Source: an uncultured Staphylococcaceae bacterium (GTDB lineage Bacteria; Bacillota_I; Bacilli_A; RFN20; CAG-826). From it: a stretch of 64,000 bases of DNA. A program made the position numbers and the translations under genes. Below the pieces are notes generated by a model. That model ran no database searches. It worked only from the letters and a program-made list of their open reading frames with translations, and was not told the origin of the DNA. Of the stretch, positions 57,621-64,000 are shown piece by piece. Every line of letters starts with the position of its first letter. Position 1 is the first letter of the stretch. The stretch lies in assembly GCA_964608215.1 (NCBI GenBank), contig CAZSMV010000001.1:1410-65409 (forward strand), written 5' to 3'.

Positions 57621-58351
57621 TGGAAAAGATTATTGGAATTATATTGAATATTTCAAATTACAAAAATAGTGATTGCATTTTTAACATTTTAACAAAAGAT
57701 AGATTGATTCCAGTTTTAGGAAAGGGTTCGCTAAATATAAAAAATAAAACTAATAGATTGAATAATCCTTTTATTTATGGCGAATTTGATTTATACAAAG
57801 GGGCGACACAAGGGTATAAATTAAGGGATTGTAAGGTATATGATTATTTTAATAATAATTTTCTTACCTATGAAGATCATATAATTTTTAATTTTTTAAA
57901 TGAATTATTGTTTAAGGTTATTATAAACTCTAGCTCATATGAAGGTTATTTAGATATCATTGTTGATGCTCTATGTGATTATAAAAAAGGGCCTAATAAA
58001 TATGATACAATCGTTCATTTATTTGCAAATATTATTAAAATTAATGGTTTATGTTTAAATACAAAATCATGTATAAATTGTGGTAATGTTAATGAAGATG
58101 ATTTTGTTGCGATAGATTTTATTAATGGTGGGATTGTTTGTAAAAAATGTTTAAGTGATTGTATTAATTTAATAAGCAAAGATATATTAATGATTTACAA
58201 AAATATTTTTGATTTAGAAAAAAAATGCAATTTATGTTTTTTGAATTTAGATAAAAAAATGTTTTTAAGTATTATTGAAAATCTTAGTGTCTTTTTGAAT
58301 TCATCTTTAGATATTAATTTGAAAAGCCTCAAATTGTTAGAGACAATATAA
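57620..58351 (+). CDS. recO: DNA repair protein RecO
   Basis: 243 aa. OB-fold N-terminus, Cys4 zinc finger C..C...C..C. Position after era. Confidence 0.8.
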   Translation: MEKIIGIILNISNYKNSDCIFNILTKDRLIPVLGKGSLNIKNKTNRLNNPFIYGEFDLYKGATQGYKLRDCKVYDYFNNNFLTYEDHIIFNFLNELLFKVIINSSSYEGYLDIIVDALCDYKKGPNKYDTIVHLFANIIKINGLCLNTKSCINCGNVNEDDFVAIDFINGGIVCKKCLSDCINLISKDILMIYKNIFDLEKKCNLCFLNLDKKMFLSIIENLSVFLNSSLDINLKSLKLLETI

Positions 58352-58428
58352 AATACACTCATAGTAGGTTGACAAACTTTTCTGATAATGTATATTACGT
58401 ATTTGTTTTCGTCTGAAAGGAGTTCAAA

Positions 58429-59808
58429 ATGAATAAAGATATAAAATTTGAAACTATTGTTACTCATTTGCAGACTACTGGATATGTATTTCAAGGTTCA
58501 CAAATTTATGGTGGACTTTCTAATACATGGGATTATGGTCCTTTAGGAAGCGAATTAAAAAATAACTTAAAAGAATTGTGGTGGAAGAAATTTGTTCATG
58601 AGTCACCAACAAATGTAGGAATTGATGCAGCAATTTTAATGAATCCAAATGTTTGGAAGGCTACTGGTCATGTTTCAACATTTAATGATCCTCTTATTGA
58701 CTGTAAAGAATGTCATGGAAGATTTAGGGCAGACCAATTAATTGAAGGTCAATTTCCTGATGTAGATGTTAATGCAATGACCCAAGATGAAATGAATGAA
58801 TTTATAAAAACACATAAGGTCAAATGTCCTGATTGTGGTAAGAGTAATTTTACAGATATTAGACAATTTAATATGATGTTTAAAACTCATATTGGTGTAA
58901 CCGAAGATTCTAGTAGTGAAGTTTATTTAAGACCAGAAACTGCTCAAGGAGTTTTTGTTAATTTCAAAAATGTTCAAAGAGCAACACGTCATAAATTACC
59001 TCTTGGTATTTGTAATGTTGGCAAATCATTTAGAAATGAAATTACCCCTGGGAATTTTACTTTCCGTACGAGAGAATTTGAACAAATGGAATGTGAGTTT
59101 TTCTGTAAACCTGGTACTGATTTGGACTGGTTTAAATATTGGAAGGAATTTTCTATTAACTTTGTTAAATCATTAGGTGTTAAAGAAGAAAATTTAAGAT
59201 TTAGGGATCATGAAGCTGCTGAACTTGCTTTCTATTCTAAAGCAACTACTGATATTGAATACCTTTTTCCATTTGGATGGGGAGAAATTTGGGGTATTGC
59301 AGATAGAACCGATTATGATTTAAAACGACATCAAGATTTTTCAAAAGAAGATTTATCTTATTTAGATCCTGAAACTAATGAGAGATATGTTCCATTTTGT
59401 ATCGAACCATCTTTAGGATTAGATCGTTTGTTTTTAATGGTTGTTACCGATTCTTATGATGAAGAAGTTTTAGAAAATGGTGAAACTAGAAAAGTAATGC
59501 ATTTAGCACCATTTTTAGCTCCTTATAAAGCAGCTATTTTGCCTCTTTCAAAGCAATTAAATGGAAAAGCAGAAGAAGTTTTCAAAAACTTAATTCCGTA
59601 TATTAATGTTACTATGGATGTTACTGGTTCCATCGGTAAAAGATATCGTAGGAATGATGAAATTGGAACTCCATATTGCATCACGTATGATTTTGAAAGT
59701 GAAAATGATGGTTGTGTTACAATTCGCGATCGAGATTCAATGAAACAAGAAAGAATTAAAATTAGCGAATTAAAAGAATATTTAATTAATAAAACATTTT
59801 ATAAATAA
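58429..59808 (+). CDS. glyQS: glycine--tRNA ligase (alpha2 type)
   Basis: Class II motifs. [21 protein letters not shown]. Confidence 0.93.
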   Translation: MNKDIKFETIVTHLQTTGYVFQGSQIYGGLSNTWDYGPLGSELKNNLKELWWKKFVHESPTNVGIDAAILMNPNVWKATGHVSTFNDPLIDCKECHGRFRADQLIEGQFPDVDVNAMTQDEMNEFIKTHKVKCPDCGKSNFTDIRQFNMMFKTHIGVTEDSSSEVYLRPETAQGVFVNFKNVQRATRHKLPLGICNVGKSFRNEITPGNFTFRTREFEQMECEFFCKPGTDLDWFKYWKEFSINFVKSLGVKEENLRFRDHEAAELAFYSKATTDIEYLFPFGWGEIWGIADRTDYDLKRHQDFSKEDLSYLDPETNERYVPFCIEPSLGLDRLFLMVVTDSYDEEVLENGETRKVMHLAPFLAPYKAAILPLSKQLNGKAEEVFKNLIPYINVTMDVTGSIGKRYRRNDEIGTPYCITYDFESENDGCVTIRDRDSMKQERIKISELKEYLINKTFYK

Positions 59809-61679
59809 TGAGTGAAAATATTATTCAAATAGCAAATGACATATTAAAACAAGTTAATATTGTTGATATTATTTCAAGTTTTATTAAAGTTACTAAAAAA
59901 GGACGAAATTATGTTGCCCTTTGTCCTTTTCATTCTGATACAAACCCATCAATGATGATTTCGCCTGAAAAGCAAATTTTTAAATGCTTTGTTTGTCAGA
60001 CTGGTGGTGATGCAATAACCTTTGTGAGAAAGTATAAAAATTGTAGTTATTTTGAAGCCGTTAAAACTGTTGCTCAGATTGCTGGAATTAACGATGATAG
60101 GCTTGATAATTACAAATCTAATAGTAATAATGTTAATGATGAAACAAAGAAAATTTATAATTGTTTGAACGAGATTAATAAACTATATGGGATATATCTA
60201 TACAATACAGATGAAGGTAGAAATACCGCATTGGATTATTTATATAAACGTGGTTTAAACGATGAAATTATTAACAAGTTTAAAATAGGGTATTCCATTA
60301 AAGATGGCGAAAAAACTACTAAAACTTTACTAAATAGTGGTTTTTCATTAAAAACTATTGAAAGAACTGGTATTGGAAATATATTTGGCGAAAGAATAAA
60401 AGACAATAATGCTGGACGAGTTATATTTTCTATTACAAATAGTGATGGCCAAATTGTTGGATTTAGTGCTAGAGAATTGAGTAACGATAAAAATGTCGCA
60501 AAATATGTTAATTCTCCAGAAACTGAAGGTGGTGTTTTTCATAAATCTAACATTTTATATAATTACTATAATGCAAAAGATGCGGCTAGACGTGAGAAAT
60601 TCATTTATGTTGTTGAAGGTTTCATGGATGCAATCGCACTTGATAGAATTGGAATAAGCAATGTTGTAGCTTTGATGGGAACCGTCTTAACTCAAGAACA
60701 TATAAGGTTGTTAAAGTATTTAAATGCTGAAATTAGGCTATGTCTTGATAATGATGGACCAGGACAAGATGCAATGATAAAAATCGCTAAACAATTAAGA
60801 AATAGCGATATTAAGTATTTATTTGTTTCCAATAGCCAAGTTGTAAATGGAAAAGATTCTGATGAGATTCTAAAAAACAATGGAGCTGAAGCGTTAAAAA
60901 GTTATTTAAATTCTTTAATTAGTGAAGGTGAATTCATTTTGAATTATTATTCGAAGAAACTAGATATGAATTCATTAGAAGATAAAAAAACTATTTTAAA
61001 TATGTTTGTTCCGTTTTTGGCAAAATTAAAGAATCCATTAGATTTAGAATTATATTGCAATAAATTATCACAAGTTAGTGGATTTTCATTGGAGATTATT
61101 AAATCTCAAGTAAATTCATATAATTCAAATACGAATCAAGAAAACGTCGATGTTTCCTTTGAAAATCTTAAGTTCAAAAAGAAAAATAAGGTTTTCAATA
61201 AGTTAGAATTAAGTGAAAGACAAGTTCTACGATATATGCTGGATAATAAGGCAGCTGTTGAACAGTATAACCTAAAGTTAGGTTATTTGATAAATGATGA
61301 CTATCGTCAAATTGCAAACTTACTTGAAGAATATTTAAATGAATTTAATGGCAAAGATGAATATTCAACTTCAAACATTATAAATTATATAAATTGTTAT
61401 AAACAAGATTTATCTAATGAAGAAAAAGAAAACATTATAAACAAGATTTCATCTATATCTTTAGATGATTATATGATTCCTCCTTATACAGTTCAGACTT
61501 TTGATGATTGTATAAGAGTTATAAACGAAGAAAAAGAATGGCAAAGATCGAATGAAGTTTACCAGCAAACATCTTTTGGAAAATCAAATGATGACAAAAT
61601 TCAGCAAGCAGCAGTCTTGCTTGAAAAGCGTAAAGAATTAATTATTAAAAAAGAAAAAGGAGATAAATATGGCAAATAA
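59808..61679 (+). CDS. dnaG: DNA primase
   Basis: CHC2 zinc finger [10 protein letters not shown]...CFVC. TOPRIM VVEGFMD. Confidence 0.93.
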   Translation: MSENIIQIANDILKQVNIVDIISSFIKVTKKGRNYVALCPFHSDTNPSMMISPEKQIFKCFVCQTGGDAITFVRKYKNCSYFEAVKTVAQIAGINDDRLDNYKSNSNNVNDETKKIYNCLNEINKLYGIYLYNTDEGRNTALDYLYKRGLNDEIINKFKIGYSIKDGEKTTKTLLNSGFSLKTIERTGIGNIFGERIKDNNAGRVIFSITNSDGQIVGFSARELSNDKNVAKYVNSPETEGGVFHKSNILYNYYNAKDAARREKFIYVVEGFMDAIALDRIGISNVVALMGTVLTQEHIRLLKYLNAEIRLCLDNDGPGQDAMIKIAKQLRNSDIKYLFVSNSQVVNGKDSDEILKNNGAEALKSYLNSLISEGEFILNYYSKKLDMNSLEDKKTILNMFVPFLAKLKNPLDLELYCNKLSQVSGFSLEIIKSQVNSYNSNTNQENVDVSFENLKFKKKNKVFNKLELSERQVLRYMLDNKAAVEQYNLKLGYLINDDYRQIANLLEEYLNEFNGKDEYSTSNIINYINCYKQDLSNEEKENIINKISSISLDDYMIPPYTVQTFDDCIRVINEEKEWQRSNEVYQQTSFGKSNDDKIQQAAVLLEKRKELIIKKEKGDKYGK

Positions 61680-62907
61680 AGGAAAAACTAAAGAAGAAAA
61701 AGAAATTGAACTTGAAGACGATGATGATTCAAAGGAGACTATGAAGGTTCTCCAAGGTATTATCAAATCATTTGAAAAGAAAAATAGTGGAACAAAAGTA
61801 ATTGATCAAGATGCTTTTTATGATGAAACTGCTAAATATGATTTAAGTGATGATGATACTGATTATATTTTTGAGCAATTCAAAAAAGATGGTTTTGAAT
61901 TATCTAATAATGATGATGAAATCGAAGAAGATTTTGATGAATCAAAAATGGCTGATTTAGACGACCCAATGGATGATGATTTAGATGATATTGACGATGT
62001 TAAAATTGATGAAAGTGAAAAAGCTGTTGTAAGTTATGATGCTGATCAATTTAACTATACTGGTGATGTTAAAACCAATGATTCAGTCAAACTTTATTTA
62101 AAAGATATTGGGAAAGTTCCACTTTTAAAACCTGATGAAGAAAAAGAACTGGCAATTAAAATTGCTAATGGTGATCAAAAAGCAAAACAACAACTTATTA
62201 GTGCAAACTTACGTTTAGTTGTTTCTATTGCGAAGCACTATATTGGAAGAGGCATGCAACTTCTAGATTTAATTAGCGAAGGTAATTTAGGTTTAATGAA
62301 AGCTGTTGATAAATTTGATTACACTAAAGGTTTCAAATTTTCAACTTATGCAACTTGGTGGATTCGTCAAGCAATTACTAGAGCTATTGCAGATCAAGCT
62401 AGAACTATTCGTATTCCAGTTCACATGGTTGAGACCATCAATAAGATTACAAGAGCTCAACGTCAACTTGTTCAAGAAATGGGAAGAGAGCCTACAGCCG
62501 AAGAAATCAGTGCTAAACTTGATGGAACTATGTCTGCAGAAAGAATAAGAGAAATTCAAAGAATAGCCCTTGAGCCTGTGTCTTTAGAATCTCCAATTGG
62601 AGAGGAAGATGATAGTCATTTAGGTGATTTTGTCGAAGATAAAGATTCAGTTTCTCCAACTGATTATGCTTCTAGAGAAATGGTTAAAGAACTATTAAAT
62701 AATGTCATGACCGGTTTAAATGAACGTGAAGAACGTGTTTTAAGATTAAGATATGGCATTGATGATAATAAACCTTTAACTTTGGAAGAAGTTGGTAAGG
62801 AATTTGGAGTTACCAGAGAGAGAATTCGTCAAATAGAAGCAAAAGCTATTAGAAAATTAAAAAATCCTTGTAAACAAAAGAATTTGGACCAAGAATATCG
62901 TAATTAA
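61669..62907 (+). CDS. sigA: RNA polymerase primary sigma factor
   Basis: Acidic region 1, region 2 [15 protein letters not shown], region 4 [17 protein letters not shown]. Confidence 0.95.
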   Translation: MANKGKTKEEKEIELEDDDDSKETMKVLQGIIKSFEKKNSGTKVIDQDAFYDETAKYDLSDDDTDYIFEQFKKDGFELSNNDDEIEEDFDESKMADLDDPMDDDLDDIDDVKIDESEKAVVSYDADQFNYTGDVKTNDSVKLYLKDIGKVPLLKPDEEKELAIKIANGDQKAKQQLISANLRLVVSIAKHYIGRGMQLLDLISEGNLGLMKAVDKFDYTKGFKFSTYATWWIRQAITRAIADQARTIRIPVHMVETINKITRAQRQLVQEMGREPTAEEISAKLDGTMSAERIREIQRIALEPVSLESPIGEEDDSHLGDFVEDKDSVSPTDYASREMVKELLNNVMTGLNEREERVLRLRYGIDDNKPLTLEEVGKEFGVTRERIRQIEAKAIRKLKNPCKQKNLDQEYRN

Positions 62908-62908
62908 A

Positions 62909-63568
62909 ATGCTTAGTAATAGACTAAAAATAATTGCGAGTTTTGTTCCGCATGATAGTAATGTTGCTGATATTGGTTGTGATCATGGTTATCTTTTGAT
63001 AAGTTTAAAAGATAACCATTTTAAAGGAAAATTACTTGGTATTGATAATAAAAAAGGACCGTTAGAGACTTTTAGAAGAAATTTAATTTTACATGGATAT
63101 CAAAATTCGATAGCTATGAAGTTATCTGATGGTTTGAAAGATGTTGATGATGATTTTAATACTATTGTAATAGCTGGAATGGGTTTTGATAGTATTAAAC
63201 AAATTTTGTTAAATAATGTGAAGAAACTCGATAATATCGATTATTTCATAATAGACTCTCATACAAAAGAAGATGAAATAAGAAAATTATTTGTTGGTTT
63301 AGGCTATTTTATCGATAAAGAAGCAATTATTAGTGAAAACAATATCTATTATGAAATAATTCGTTTTGCAAAAGGAAATAAAGAATATTCTGATATCGAA
63401 TATAAATTTGGTCCAATTTTAAAAGAAGAAAAAACGAAAATATTTATTAGTAAATGGTCTGAAAAATTGCGAAGAAATAATGAACTTATTTCGATGGAAA
63501 ATATTGATGAAAAAAGAAGAAAAAAATTAATTGAAGAAAATGATTTTATTTATAAAGTAATAAATTAG
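62909..63568 (+). CDS. trmK: tRNA (adenine22-N1)-methyltransferase TrmK
   Basis: RLKIIASFV...ADIGCDHGYL. Position downstream of sigA as in Bacillus. Confidence 0.8.
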   Translation: MLSNRLKIIASFVPHDSNVADIGCDHGYLLISLKDNHFKGKLLGIDNKKGPLETFRRNLILHGYQNSIAMKLSDGLKDVDDDFNTIVIAGMGFDSIKQILLNNVKKLDNIDYFIIDSHTKEDEIRKLFVGLGYFIDKEAIISENNIYYEIIRFAKGNKEYSDIEYKFGPILKEEKTKIFISKWSEKLRRNNELISMENIDEKRRKKLIEENDFIYKVIN

Positions 63569-63606
63569 TAAATATTTAGTAATTATTTGATAAAAGGAGG
63601 CGAACC

Positions 63607-64000
63607 ATGAAATTTAATTCATTCAATTTAAAACTAGAAGTTGTTGAAGCATGTTACAAGTTAGGGTATATAAATGCAACTGCTGTACAAGATGTTGTTA
63701 TCCCTAAAGCATTAAAGAATGAAAATATTGTTGTTCAAAGTGAAACCGGGACTGGGAAAACACACTCTTTTATAATTCCAATTATTAATAACATTATTTT
63801 TAATAAAAAAATTCAAGCAATTATCATTGATCCTACACGTGAATTGGCGAAGCAAACATACGATTTTATAAATGATTTTAAGAAATTTTTCCCAGATTTA
63901 AGTTGCAAATTATTTATTAGTGGTGAAGATCAAACTAAAGACTACGATTCAATTAAAAATGGTTGTCAAATTGTTGTTGCGACTCCTGGAAGATTAAATT
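63607..64000 (+). CDS. DEAD-box RNA helicase, N-terminal part (truncated by the window end)
   Basis: Q-motif region and Walker A SETGTGKTHSF. PTRELA. Confidence 0.85.
   Translation, partial: MKFNSFNLKLEVVEACYKLGYINATAVQDVVIPKALKNENIVVQSETGTGKTHSFIIPIINNIIFNKKIQAIIIDPTRELAKQTYDFINDFKKFFPDLSCKLFISGEDQTKDYDSIKNGCQIVVATPGRLN

Noticed and set aside
58352-58428. T-box leader upstream of glyQS
   Set aside because: The intergenic region is only 77 nt. It contains a promoter-like TTGACA and an SD, but no T-box or specifier elements.
1-64000. tRNA, rRNA, tmRNA, RNase P or SRP RNA genes
   Set aside because: The intergenic spaces are short and AT-rich. I saw no cloverleaf-compatible GC-rich segments or conserved RNA boxes other than the alaS T-box. 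A covariance-model scan would be needed to exclude small RNAs.

Overview
This is a 64-kb window from a low-GC genome (roughly 30% GC). TGA is used as a stop codon, so the code is 11. Gene order is Gram-positive-like, and the content looks Acholeplasma- or Erysipelotrichia-like, though that taxonomic guess is tentative. All domain calls come from motif recognition by eye; no searches were run.

The window has two parts. The left ~16 kb (1-15600) is accessory DNA. It contains:
- a 1340-aa protein with a T5orf172-like domain, a DEAH helicase and an NPPY methyltransferase-like module, followed by two tightly coupled small genes, one of them 4-TM. This is my best candidate for an undescribed defence-type system.
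- a ~6-kb segment bracketed by 24-nt direct repeats, carrying a large repeat-rich lipoprotein, an IS66 transposase remnant, a Fic/Doc-like protein and a Vat-type streptogramin acetyltransferase.
- a permease, a decayed gene fragment and a second large lipoprotein.

The remaining ~48 kb is a densely packed core region: ftsK, acpS, pulA, plsC, pdp, rarA, dtd, mnmA, T-box-alaS, ruvX, greA, comEA, comEC, holA, rpsT, fmt, lepA, hemW, CIRCE-hrcA-grpE-dnaK-dnaJ, rsmE, mtaB, rpmF, deoC, rpsU, ybeY, cdd, era, recO, glyQS, dnaG, sigA and trmK.

Several non-canonical genes are inserted into this core:
- a PD-(D/E)xK plus XPD/DinG-like helicase fusion
- a Fic-fold protein with an obliterated active-site motif
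- a stand-alone C39 peptidase with a membrane partner that lacks an ATPase domain
- an orphan ORF between rsmE and mtaB

I saw no rRNA genes, tRNA genes or CRISPR arrays.
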